From positions 17,608,001 through 17,672,000 of the forward strand of contig JBHGNT010000003.1 in NCBI GenBank assembly GCA_043228905.1: DNA of 64,000 nucleotides. The letters run 5' to 3'. Position numbers and translations under genes: made by a program. This document shows, piece after piece, positions 24,335 through 37,439 of this stretch. Each line of letters begins with the position of its first letter. Positions within the stretch are counted from its first letter, which is position 1. The notes beneath the pieces are model-generated. The model worked only from the letters and a program-made list of their open reading frames with translations, was not told where the DNA came from and ran no database searches. The stretch is from Azolla caroliniana. Taxonomy: Eukaryota; Plantae; Polypodiophyta.

Positions 24335-27208
24335 CCGATCTTCCTTGTGTCTTGACTGACTATCAACATGTCATCTACATATAATAAGAGAATCAAGAAA
24401 TCACCTTCTTCATACCTTTTGACGAACACATAGTGATCCGCCTGTGTTTTTTGGAACCCATGTTCCACCATGAAGGATTCAAACTTCTTGGACCACTAGC
24501 GTGGAGCTTGTTTCAAACCATCCATGCTTTTCTTTAGTCGACACACCAGATTCTCTTTCTCTTTCTCCCCAAAGCCTTCGAGTTGCTACATGTAGATATC
24601 TTCATCCAGCTCCCCATGCAAGAATGTCGTCTTGACATCCAACTGTTCGATCTCCAGATCCATACTGGCAGCTATGCTCAGAACAGTTCTAATGGATGTC
24701 ATCTTCATGACTGGAGCGAATATTTCGTCGAAGTCAACACCCTTTCTCTGTTGGAAACCCTTCACGACAATGCAAGCTGTATACCTGAGCACACTGTTGA
24801 CTTGTCCAGTCTTCACCTTGTAGACCCATTTATTCTTGAGTGTTCTCTTACCTTTCGGAAATTCTACTAGGTTGTAGGTGTAGTTTTCGAGCAAGGAGTC
24901 CATCTCATCTTGCATCCGCTCAGCCATTTCTCTCGGTGCTTGTCGGCAATGGCTTCATCATAGCATTCGGGTTCACCTTCATCAGTCAAGAGGATGTATC
25001 GACTGGCATATGTCATCGGTGCGTTCCTTTCTCTTAGTGGGTATCACCTTCCACTCATTATTGGCCCTCGTTCGGATGTCTCTGCCAACTCTTCTCTTGG
25101 TTCGTTCATGTCGATCGGTTGTTGGATGTCCACCGACTCTGATTCGTATTCATCGATCAACTTTAACATATTTGCCAACTCAAACTCATAGTCAATCGGT
25201 CTCTCTGAGTCGACTGACTCGGATTCGGTGGTGCCGACTGGATATCTCAAAATAGTCGACTGTGTCGATTCACTTGGCCTCAAGTCGATAGTAGTGGAGG
25301 TTGACTGCTTAGTTGATTCTGACTTCTGTTGCTTCCAGTCCTCTATGATCTTGTCTTCCAAGAAGACTACGTACCGACTCCTCACTACCTTCTTGTCGAC
25401 TAGGTCCCATAGCCTATAGCTAAACTCATCTTCTGAATATCCCATGAATATTCATGGTTTCGACTTACTATTGAGTTTTGACCTCTGATCCTTAACTACA
25501 TGCATATACACTAGGCATCTGAACACCCTCAAGTGACGGTAGGAGACATCTTTTCTTGTTCACACCCTTTGTGGGACATCACCTTTCAACGGTACTAAGG
25601 GGGACATGTTGATCAGATAAACAATTGTGCATCGACTCAGCCTAGCATATTTTCGGCAGTTTAGCATGCGACAGCATGCTCCTTACTCTATCCATGATTG
25701 TCTGGTTCATCCACTCTGCAAGCCCGTTCAACTCAAGGGTCTTCAGTACTGTGTATTCGATTTGAATACCTTGGGCCTTGCAGTATTCCTCAAAGTGCCC
25801 TCTATATTCACCACCATTGTCGGTTCGGACAACTTTCAACTTCCGACCTGACTCCCATTCGGCTCTAGCCTGGAACTCCTTGAAGAATGACAGTACTTGA
25901 TATTTTGACTTTAGTACGAAAGCCCACAACTTCCAACTGTAGTCGTCGATGAACGTCACAAAGTATTGTCCACCTTGATGCGACGAAGCATCTACATAAC
26001 ACACATCCGTGTGTACTAGTTCCAGTGTAGCTTCTCTTCTTCTTCGTGGTCTTGAGTGGAATGTTGCTCTATTCTACATTCCAACTAAACAGTCGACGCA
26101 CTTCTCCAGGTGCATTCCCTTTACCTTTGGTAGAAGTTTATGGTTGGCTAACAGATGCAAACCCTTCTCACTCATGTGGCCTAGCCTCTTGTCCCATATC
26201 TGTCCTGTCGAGCCAGTTGCCACATTCACTTCCGACTTGCGCAATCGGGCTTGCATCATATCCAATGTGTCGTCCTTCTATGCTCGAGACACTATAAGAT
26301 TTCCTCGACAGAACTTCCATTTCCCGTTTCGGAAACTACCATTGTAGCCTTCGTCGTCCAATCTTCCAGTCGATATCATATTCAATCAGATATCGGGGAC
26401 ATGTCGAACATCCTTCAGAGTCAGTCGACACCCTGTCGACGTCGTCAAACAAACACTTCCGATTCCAGTTATCTTGCACTCCCCACTATCACCCATCTTT
26501 ACATAACTATGATCACCAGCTATGTAATTCGAGAAATACTCTCTCAATGGAGTTATGTGGAAGGATGCACCAGAGTCGATCACCCAAGTGCATTCTTCGT
26601 TTGCAAGATTTGCACTTATCTGTTCACAAATGGAGAAAATTTCTTCATTGCTCATAGCAATGGCTGAAGTGTTCTTTTCTTCAGGAATCTTCCTGAGTTC
26701 GATATTATTACCGACACTCTTTTCCTTTTTAAGGTGTCGGCCGTCCTTCTGGATTTTTAAAATGTCCCAACTTTCCACAATAAAAGCACATGAGCTTTCC
26801 TCTGGACTTCGACCTGGCTTGAGACTTTTCTCTCCTTGGTGGACTCCTTTGCCGGTACCTTCCTCTGGCAATATGTTGAGTCAAATTTGACTCCGACTGG
26901 ACCAGGACACCCTTGTCCTGCCTTCTTGCTTCCTCATTCAGGATGCTTGTTTTCACCGCTTGTAAAGACAAGTAAGAGGTGCTAAGAGTAACCACCAGGT
27001 TCTCCCAACTATCCGGTAGTGTTCACATCAATAGGATGGCCTGCATAGCATCATCAAGGGGAATCTTGGTTGCAACAAGTTGATTTACATACCCCATGAA
27101 TGTGTTGATGTGTTCGACGATGCTCTCACCGTCTTTGTATTTCAGCTGTACGATCTTTCTCATTAGTGAGGTTTTATTGAGGGCGTTCTTCCTCTCATAT
27201 AGACCTAA

Positions 27209-27542
27209 TGTCATGATATAGCATGGTATGGTTTCAAAAGGATTTGAACCCATGACCTTGTGTCACATGGGTTAAAGCCTTACCATTAAGCTATACATTG
27301 TAATACGAAAGATATTATTTCCATTTATTATTTCAGTTAGGAAATCCATGTATATTCTAGATTTCTCTACAACATTCTAGAAATTTCAAGAGTATTCCTA
27401 AGCCACATTTCTAGAGTATTCCTAAGCCACTATAAAAAGAGGCACATGGCATTATTGAGAACCAAATCGGTTCAACGCCAGTCTTAAGCCTCCTAACTAT
27501 TCTTGTATATTCTCTTCATATAATATATATAATTTGTTATCA

Positions 27543-27590
<48 letters not shown>

Positions 27591-27655
27591 TCTCCTAAGA
27601 ATTCTACACCCCTCTTAGTACTAATTCCCTCTTTGTCTTAGTACTATTCCTAACA
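27209..27655 (+). mobile_element. Solo LTR (447 bp) inserted in the Tork-like gag
   Basis: TG..CA ends; TSD cctaa/cctga; removing it restores host KKLSGLYERK; TATA ctataaaa at ~27430; (CT)n tract. Confidence 0.9.
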
Positions 27656-28580
27656 CCTGACAATTTCTTCGACATCTCGTGGGCATTTGTGTCATTTGCC
27701 ACATGTTGAAGGAAACTTACATTGACGCATTGTCAGATGGTGGCCACCGCCTTTCTGTTAAGAAGTTTCCATTCCGACTCTAATACCCCCGTGGGTATTT
27801 CTGCTCTATCGATCGGCTCGTACAGGTCTTTGACTATGAGAAGGTCCTCCATCTTTATCTTCCAGTCTCCATAGTTCTGAGGTTTTAGAACTATCATTCC
27901 TGGGAAGCCACTCACACCTCCTTCCATGCTTGCACCTCAAGGCTCTAATACCATATTGTTGAGTAACGAATCGTCAATCCACAACGAAAGGAATACGTTG
28001 AAATACACAACTCAGAAACACGGAAAATAGTGTACACAGATTTTAACGTGGAAACTCTAAAACTGGAGAAAAACCACGGAGAACGGAGCTTCACTATACA
28101 TTGGATATACAATGACGAGATCAGAGTACAACACTCTCTACACAAAGTGTAAAACAACCTCTGTGGGCTCTTGGCATATGTTGTTACTGAATACAATTAT
28201 GGCCCTAAGTGTATTTATATAAATTGTTTTCTACTTAATATAAATTGTTTGCCCTAAGTGTATTTATACTTATACCCTGTATGGACTAATTACAAATGTA
28301 GCCACTACTACTGCCATTCCTATTATTATCTAATATTAATCATAGTCTTACTAATCAGCTGACTCATCCGTTGACTGTCGGGTCGATCCGACTAGTCGGC
28401 CTGGTCATTGACCATCCGGTCGGCCCGACTAGCCGGTCATGTCTTCGACCTTGATCAACTCTCTTTGAATCAACTCCTCAATCGTCGGCTCTCATCCGAC
28501 CAGTCGGCTACTCCATGTCTTCGATTGTCGGCTCTCTTTGAGCAGTTGACTCCTCCCACTAGAGGGACATATTCCTAACA

Positions 28581-31500
28581 CAATGTATCTTGTATCAAAC
28601 AAAATAGCGACTTCGGACCGCCAGGTTTCCGTTTGTCCCGGCTCAGCTCTTCTGGAGGTAGTGCGGTACTCAGGAACTGGTGCATGTCGGTGAGCCATTT
28701 GTCTTCTCCGGCCACTATCTCATCTACCACCGTTTCCTCAGTAACCTTGAATAGCTCGGCATTCCGAAACTCATCTTGGACTCCAGCCCCTGCTTCGCCG
28801 GATTCTAGCCGGCTCAAGTAGTCTGCCACCACGTGCTGGACTCCCGGTCGGTGGTATATCTCGAATTCAAACTCCTGCAGTAGTAGTGTCCACCTCACTA
28901 ACTTACCGGTTAATGACGCCTTGGATACCAAATAGATTAGTGCCGAATGGCCAACATGGAATGAAAACTTGCGTCCTGACTCCTAACAAATAGTGGTGGT
29001 ATTTTGTGACGCTATAGACCATCCCCAGGGCTTATCTCTCTGTTGTGGTGTAATTTCGTACAGCTTTTGAGAGTTTCCGGCTTGCGTAATATACTGGACA
29101 GTACCACTTTGGTTTGGTAAGCTGCATGAGGACACTCCCGATTGCTATGTCTGACGCATCAACGAACAAATGAAAATCTTTCGTCCAATCTGGAGGTTGA
29201 ACTACCAGAGCTTGGGATAGCATCACTTTCAATGCTTGATACGCCTTCTCCTCTTGCTCCGTCCATTGAAAGGGTATGTGGTGCACAACTGCATGTAATG
29301 GAGTTGCGAAGTCTGCTAAGTATCGGAGCATCCGGTTTTGCCACCCGATCTGACCTAAGAACCGGCTCAATGCTTTGGCGTTGGTCGGCGCTGGTGCTTG
29401 TAAGATGGCTTTCACCTTATCCGGGTCTACAACAATTCCGTCATTGCTAACAATGTGTCCAAGTAGTGCCCCGCTTGTTACCCCAAAAACACATTTTGCT
29501 AGATTCAAGCTTAGTCGATATCCCCGACACTTCTCCAAACACATCTGGAGATGGTCCAGATGTTCTTCCTTCCAGCTATAGACTGCAAAATCATCCAAAA
29601 AAACCTACATAAACGCTGGAATGTATTCTCCGAATATTTCCATGATAATCCTCTGGAATGTCGTCGGTGCCATCTTAAGTTCGAACATCATAACTACCGC
29701 TACGAACACTCCACACTACGTGACGAACGTCGTCTTTTCCTGGTCTGTCAGGTGCATCCGAATTTGATTATAACCGTTGAATCCGTCCAAGAAACTATAT
29801 ACTTCGTGACTAGCTACCACATCTAGCACCCCATCCGTGAATGGTAGCAGGAACGCGTCCGTCGTCGTGGCGACATTCAGCTTTCGGTAGTCAACACAAA
29901 CCCGAATCTTTCTGTTTTTCTTTGGTACGACGACTATCAGTCTCAACCATGTCGCTTGTTTCATTGGTTGGATAAAACCGACTCTTAGCAACTTATCAAT
30001 TTCTTCTTTGACTTTTGCCGCATAATTTGGGTTCATCCAGTAACGTCGTTGCGCCACCAGCTTCACGTCCTTGCTGAGGGGGATCTAATGTTGGTACAGT
30101 TGGGGATCCAACCCTCACATATCTTCGTATGACCAGGCGAACACATCTTGAAATTCTTTGAGTAGTTCAATCATTTCCATTTTCTCTTCTAGTGGCATTT
30201 CCTTCACCACATTCATTGGTTTTGGCGCTTCACTGGTCCCGAGGTCTCCCTCTTTTAGTTGGGATGCATTTACTCTTTGAGATACGGCCATTTCCCGCTC
30301 CAGTGATTCCTGTGCTTGCCACAGTTCCCGAATCGCCTCTCGATCCAGCTCGTCAAATTCGCCTTCTTGGTGTGTGACGTACGGTGTGATGGCTTTAGCT
30401 ACGTCTACTTCAAATAACAACATGATCTTGGGGTGCTCCTCTAGATATTGGTCGACTTCGTCATCTAACAATCCATCCAACATGTTAATGCTCTCCACGT
30501 ATAGCAGTGTTAGCTGCTTCGTTGCTCACGCTCATTGTTGTGTCGGCACCCGCACTTTAGTTTTCCCTCTACGGAAGGTAATCACGTTTTTCTGCCAATT
30601 TTGCTTAATATGTGCCATCTGCACCCATGGTCTTCTTAATAACAGGGGGTATGCCCCCAATGCATTAAGTTGCAAGACCACCGTGGAGATCCAAAACGCG
30701 TGCCCTCCAATTGTAATATCTAGGTTCCGGATGAGTACAGTTGGCCGGACCAAACTGGTATCCACCATTCGCAACCAGAATGGGCACGGTTTCCATTCTC
30801 TAATGCCCAAGGTATCGCATGTCCATTGGCTGATTATGTTTACTCTGGAGCCTCTGTCCACAATCGTTCCGGGTATCTCGCTCCCTTTGATAATTACTGT
30901 AATTGTCGTACTGATTGTGTCTACTATGACCGGTCCTTCCTCGGGATTGGAGAAAAATGTTGGTGCCAGCTCTGGGTTTTGTAATGTTAATGTTGATTTC
31001 AGACCGTCCGTAAATCGAGGGACTAACTGCAGTAGGCGGCCTAGTGGCAACATGATCTGACATTGTTGTAATGCCTCCAAGTGGGGTCGTTGTCCATGGT
31101 CCCAAGTGGTTCTTCCGGAGGCTTGACCTGTTCTTGTACTTCTACTGCGTTCCGTTCATTTGCCTTTTGTATCCATTCTGTGGCCTGCTTCCTGATGGCC
31201 TCCTAGGTCTCCCACTCGACGACTTTCCCCTTGGATCTTGTGGTGACTTGTTGAACATCAGTAACGTCCGCGGTCACCATATTTATTGCCAGTTGCTTAT
31301 TGTTGGTCTTGATCGGGCATCGACTACTATAATGGCCTTCCTTCCGGCAATAGTAGTAGTAAACTTTCTGGTTATTGCTTGATTCCCCTTTTTCTGTGCT
31401 ACTAGGCTGGATACCGGTATCCTCCGGTCTCCGTTGCTCTGGTTGTGGGACGGTCGTGTTTGTATCCGGCTCCCGTTGGTATTCTCGGGTCGGTTCACGA

Positions 31501-33534
31501 CGCTCATCTCGCCGAAAATTTCCCCTTCGTTTGTTTGGATTAGCATCGGTTGTTGCGGTACCCCTGCTATTTCAGGTACCTTCGATCGTCTCTTCGCCAA
31601 TCATTATCCAAAGAATAATCTTTCTCATAGCGGTCCCCGTCGTAGTACTCTCTCTATCTGTTATTGTCCCGGTAACCACGTTCTGGTCGGTAGCGATCGT
31701 CTCTTCGGAACCTTTCCTCGTCCGGTCGATGCTCGCCCCGAGGCTCAATATGTCGAACCGATGCCGCTTGCCGATTTAACAGGTTGTCCTCACACTGGTC
31801 CATAGTCTGTGACCGAGAGTGACACAACATGCACTGAGTCCACATCGTGCATTCTAATGTGGAATGAACAGGGTTGAGGCATGTCGTACACTGGACTGCC
31901 TACTGAAATAGTAAGTCTTCCTCTCTAGGTAGCACTCGTTGTAGAGCTCCCATCGCCATGTAATTACTATTTTGGGCCCTATCCATTTCCAACACCTAGT
32001 CAATAGCTTGATCAATGGTGTTGGTCCAGAAGTCTAATACGGGCAACATTGTTCGGTGCGGCTCCCGGAGCACGGCTAGAAAGACTGCCTTTGCCTCATC
32101 CTCCGGAGGTGCCCTTGTCAACTCACTATGTAGTGTCTGGAATCGGATAATGAATTGTGGGACTATCACATTGGGTTCCTAATAAACCATATAAAATGGG
32201 CTAACGAGCTCCCTTTGCTCCATCTGTCGGTGAAACAGTCATAAGAATTTATCCCGCAAGGCTTCAAACGTGGCGAAGCTACCCTAAAGGTGCTTTTTGT
32301 GCCACCTTGCTATTGGGCCTTCCAATGTCATTCCGAATTCCGCGATCTTTGAACGCTCTACCTCTACTTCAATCAATCGTTGCGAGACATGGTTTGCTTC
32401 CCATCTCTGTAGGAATGCATAGACATGTGCCTTTGTGTCTGGTTCATCCTGGTACTTTGGGTATAGGTACAACATGGTGTCGTTGTCAAAAGGTTGTTCT
32501 GGGGGTGGTGTCGGTACCCGATCATCTGTTTTCTCTGATTGTCGATCCGGTGTTGGTGTCGGCACGTGATCATTTTTCCACTCCAAGAACCGGTCTAGAT
32601 TCCTCTCGTTTTCCAGTGATGTTGGTAATGTCGTGCCCGACTCTGGTGTGTGCTCCGAATTGTTGTCCGGAGTGTTGTGACTACTTCAGTAATTTGAATG
32701 GACGTTGTGTTCACCGTCCAAATCCGACTCAAATGTTGAAAATGCTTTCGAGTCCCCGACGCCCGTGGCTAGGGTTCGCAGTATGGATTCTGCGTCGTGC
32801 AAACTCCTCAGGCTATTGCCTTCGTCCGGATGTCGTTGATTCTGTAATCGGAGTGATTCCTCGACGACCCGCCAAATCTTTCTGGGAAAAGACTGGTCCT
32901 GTTGGATCTCCTCGGCCGCTTGCTGGTAGGCCTCCCGCCTCTGTAGTCTTTTGGTGAGTCTTCTCCCTCATTCGGCAACTGGGTCGTTCGTCGCTCTAGA
33001 CATCCATTCCCATTGTTCTCTGCGCTTTGCAGGAATTGTGGTCACCAAAACTGTGTTTATCCTTGGCTGGACTAGCCACAAACACAGGGTGTCATTCCGG
33101 AACACTTCACCAAAGGGGTGGTTATGGGAATGATGTTATTCGACACCGATCCGATTCTAATTCGACTATTTCCGGATCAGTTCAGTGATGGCAATATAAC
33201 ATCGATTCATTAACACGCATAAGATATAAAATTAAGCACAAAACGGTAAGTAGACAAGATACCCAATACTTAAATCCAAACTCAACTTATATTACTTCCG
33301 TTGTTCATTACATTGCTTTACGGATCATTTTATAGGCCTCTAGTTCCAATTACAAAACGGTGCCATATTGGCAATCGGGTATGAATCGGTCCGAATCCGG
33401 ATCCGGATCAGTGCAACCATTCCGGATCCGTCTGTTCCTATAGTATTTCTAACTAATTATTAATCTAATAATAATATTCATTCCCGACTCGTCCCTTTCC
33501 CCCACTTATTATCCAGACCATACTCTGGCCAACA
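28581..33534 (-). mobile_element. Non-chromoviral Ty3/Gypsy element (gag-PR-RT-RH plus 5' LTR), integrase truncated
   Basis: IVDRGSRVNII (PR); RVCVDYRKLN, DGFNGYNQI and LDDF (RT); FVDASDIAIG..VYYASRKL (RH); PBS-like TGGTGACCAC at ~33038-33047; LTR 33052-33534 (TG..CA). Confidence 0.9.
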
Positions 33535-34254
33535 TTATAGTATGATATTGTGTATTTCAAAACATATGTTTTGTGTACACTGTATATATAGAAATATGCA
33601 TCCACATACATACGCTTTGAAAATTGTCCATGTGCTCACACAGACTTACAAATTGTGTATTTGATATACACAATTTGCACATTTGGATATGGAGAAGTAA
33701 TGTGAGAAATAGCAAGTATCATTCTAGTGCAATGCAAGGACATAACTCTAATGTATCAATGAACATCATCTTAATTAGACTTCATTCACGTCCCAACACA
33801 ATTTGACTCTACCTCTACAGATATCCCAATTTGAACCGCATCCACATCCACGTCGATGTCCACGTAGTCGATCCACACCCTAACCTAAAACCAAAACCTA
33901 GGCCTTGACCTTGACATACACTTCAATCGAGCCGCAACAACTCAACTAAGATGGCAACCTTGTTCCCGTCTTTGTAGCTAAGCTCGACCCCAATCACAAA
34001 TCTTTATCCCAATACTCGTCCGAGAGCACATCCCTATGCTCGATTGGTCTTGATCTTGACCATAAGCCGACGCCGAGACTCAACTTGACCTCGTTAAAAA
34101 AATGTACACAGATCCCTGATCTCGAAACCGCCCATTTGATTGAATATTGAGGTCGACCAAATCATTCTAGGCTGGAGCAAGGTGAGGGATCTTATGTATA
34201 GTGAGGAAAATGGGGGGTGTAGGGAGCAGGACAAACACTTGAGAGAAAAAGCAA

Positions 34255-34455
34255 GAGAGAGAGAGAGAGAGAGAGAGAGATATCTATCTGGGAAAACCAG
34301 TGGACGAGGTGAGCCACAGGGGCACAAAAGGACATCATCTCATCATCATCATCATCAATACATACATACTTCAAAGGTTCTGGCCCCCCAAAACACCCAA
34401 AAAACATAAGAACCCATCTTTCTTTCTTTTCTTCTTCTTCTTCTTCTTCTTCTTC
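34255..34455. repeat. Microsatellite cluster (GA)n, (CAT)n, (TTC)n upstream of BAS1
   Basis: Direct sequence inspection. Confidence 0.9.
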
Positions 34456-34583
34456 ATCTTCTATTCCAAGACCTTAAATAAGCCTTGAACTTTCAGACAC
34501 TACCCATACATATCCTATCTATTGTTTCTGAAACACCCACACAGAGACAGAGACAGAGAGAGAGAGAGAGAGCTAGTGAGAGA

Positions 34584-37439
34584 ATGGCCATGGCTGCCTG
34601 CGCCGCTTCTGCTGCAATTCTCTCTTCTTTGCCCCATGCTGCTTCGTCTGCTTCCTCCTCCCCCGTCGTTGCTTCTGCTCCTCGGTCTCATCTCAGGAGC
34701 TCGTTTCTCTCCACCGTCTCCAAGTTTCGCTCCACCTCTCCTTCTCCTTCTTTCACCTCGCTGTCTTGCAGGGCCTCTCCTCGTCCCCTTGTTGTCAGAG
34801 CTGTAAGTTCTTTCTCTTTCTCTATGCTCAAATGAACAACAACATGTGACTGCTCAATTTTCGGAAGGCGTCGGTTTGTCAAAGTCGAACACAGAAATTA
34901 GGGTCCAAAAGTTTCAAGTTAACAAAATTGCGATGAAATCCTTCAAGTGCATTGGTAACATCTTGAAGGATTTCAGGGTTTAGGAAGTTTTCATATTAGG
35001 GTTTTCTTTTGAGGAAAGTTTCTAGGAAATGAACAAAAATGTTTCTTGAGTTACCCAAGATTTCTGTAAATTTAGGGTCGAATGTCTTAAGATAACAGAA
35101 ATAGGGCAAAAAAGTTCTAGTGTACAGAATTAGGGTTACAATCCTAAGTAACAAAACTAGCGTGAATATGGATGAAAAATATTAAATAAGAAAAATTAAG
35201 GCTAAGCTTTTCTTCAGGAAAGCAGAAATTTAACGTTTCCAAAAATTTAACTCCAGAAAATATTTCTTACAGCAGAATTTTCATTTTGAATTTCATTATT
35301 TTTCTTTTGAATTTTTCAGGGAGAGTTTCCATTAGTGGGGAATGTAGCTCCAGATTTTGAAGCCGAAGCAGTTTTCGACCAAGAATTCACAAAGGTAAAG
35401 TGAATTCTTCATCATTTCAATTCATAGAGATATTATAAAGTGATTATCCCAATAAAGTGTTAATCCATCAAAGTGCATTATCTTGCATGATTCCAAATCA
35501 TCGAGATGAATGAGAATATTAACATCAAGTGTGTTAGGACACCTCAGTATATTCTTTAGTTTCTGATTTCTGAACGAAACATTACAGTATTAAAAGTGTA
35601 TCGGGGCCTCCCTGAGCCAACCTTCTAATGTTTCATTAATTTGTGATTAATGTTTTTGAGTGTAAATGAGGAGATACGAACAATAAAGTGGTATCACATC
35701 CCCCATATGTTATTTTCTTGTTTGGTTTAATCTATGTTTACTTTCCGGACGAAAGAAATATCGATAAAGAGTATTTGGTCATATTCTAACAATTCGATAT
35801 CTCAATTTTAGTTTTTAATGTTGAGTGTATTAAATTGCTGTTTAGATCAAGCTTTCGGATTACAGAGGAAAGAAGTATGTGGTGCTATTCTTTTACCCTT
35901 TGGATTTCACTTTCGTGTGCCCCACCGGTATGGCATGCTTCTGACCTTATTTCCTATCAAAATTGGACTTTTTTAAGAGATTTATTTGCCACATTTCCTT
36001 ATCATATTTTTTGTGTTTCTCATGTTGTGAATGTGACAGAGATTACTGCTTTTAGTGATCGCTATGACGAATTTGAGAAAGTGAATACTGAAGTTATCGG
36101 TGTTTCAGTCGACAGTGTGGTATGTAATCAAGACAATTTAAGTGACCACACATAAAGTAGATGTAGATTTTACACCCAACCATTGTAGACCTATATAGAT
36201 AGCACTTCCATCACTAACAATCAGCTAAGCTACTTTTTCTTGGCATCGGCGTCTATTTTGTAGACTATTAGTTATCCTGGTTGTGCACCACATTGGTCAC
36301 TCTTAGTAGCATTGCCAACGTAAGATCATTTATTTAAATTTTATCATAGGTTCACCACTCAATAATTGAAGTATAGAACGTTTGTTGCTAAACAAAGTAA
36401 TTCTAGCCATTTCAAAGCTTTCAAACCATGGAGTGACAATAAAATCATATGTCCATGCAGTTCTCCCACCTTGCATGGATTCAAACCGACCGGAAATCTG
36501 GTGGCTTGGGCGACCTCAAGTACCCTCTTGTTGCTGACTTGACCAAGTCTGTTTCAAAGGCTTACAATGTTCTGATCCCCGAGCAAGTAAGTCTGGAATG
36601 CATTCAAAGACTGCATCTCTTTGTGCTCCAAATGTTTATGTAAAATGTTTAAATCTCTATGGCATTTCAATTATATGCAAATGTGTGCATTCAAATGTGT
36701 CTCCAAATTTTGGACAAGTTAAACTGGATATTGATTTGGTATGTATATTATTGACCAATGTACAGATGCATTTGAAGAGTGCATATGTTTGTGTTCTGTG
36801 CGTTCAATAAGTAAAGATTTAGTTTTGACATGGTATATTTATTATCTACAAGGGTGTTGCTCTTCGTGGCCTCTTTATCATTGACAAGGAGGGTGTCATT
36901 CAGCATGCAACTATTAACAACCTTGGCATTGGGCGTAGTGTAGACGAGACATTGAGAACCTTGCAGGTAAAAAGAACTGTTTATACTTTTTTTTGAGTTT
37001 CCTCTCTTTTGAGATTATGATGTTGTGAATATCGATCACCAATGTCATGATGGTGTGATTAACCAGAGTTAATCTTGTTAATGACCATGTGATGATGACG
37101 TGATTAACAAGGGAAAAGGTGATATGTGATTAACCATGCATATCATCACCATGCAACGAGGATATGATGTGATCACCATGCAATAATGAAATAGTATGAG
37201 TAATCATGCATATCGGCGGCATGATCTCCATGCAACAGTGCCACCATATGATTAATAATGCATATCATCACCATGTAATGGGGATAGGATGTGATTAACA
37301 TTGCAACATTGATTGAATGTAGGCTGTGCAATATGTGCAAGACAACCCAGATGAGGTTTGCCCTGCTGGATGGAAGCCAGGAGAGAAGACAATGAAGCCA
37401 GATACCAAGTTGAGCAAAGAATACTTTGCAGCTATATGA
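34584..37439 (+). CDS. BAS1: Chloroplast 2-Cys peroxiredoxin (BAS1-type), 7 exons, 270 aa
   Basis: Exons 34584-34802, 35320-35394, 35846-35927, 36040-36119, 36461-36586, 36853-36966, 37323-37439, all GT-AG and in frame; Ser/Ala-rich transit peptide; [13 protein letters not shown] peroxidatic motif, GGLG, EVCPAGW resolving Cys, C-terminal EYF. Confidence 0.98.

Larger units (their letters stand above)
19277..28580 (-). mobile_element. Tnt1/Tork-like Copia element with three nested insertions
   Basis: 5' LTR 27957-28580; PBS TGGTATTAGAGC at 27942-27953; gag 27927-26730; WVIDSGASFH protease; FIDDYSWKLW integrase; QLDVKTTFLHG and LLYVDDML RT; RH 19827-20153; partial 3' LTR 19277-19591 matches 28245-28580. 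Confidence 0.92.

Noticed and set aside
27228-27298. Functional tRNA gene
   Set aside because: A and B boxes are present but the acceptor and anticodon stems do not pair; reported as a tRNA-like cassette instead
30374-32957. Long + strand ORFs (228 aa, 216 aa and others)
   Set aside because: Antisense shadows of the Gypsy gag/protease with no recognisable motifs
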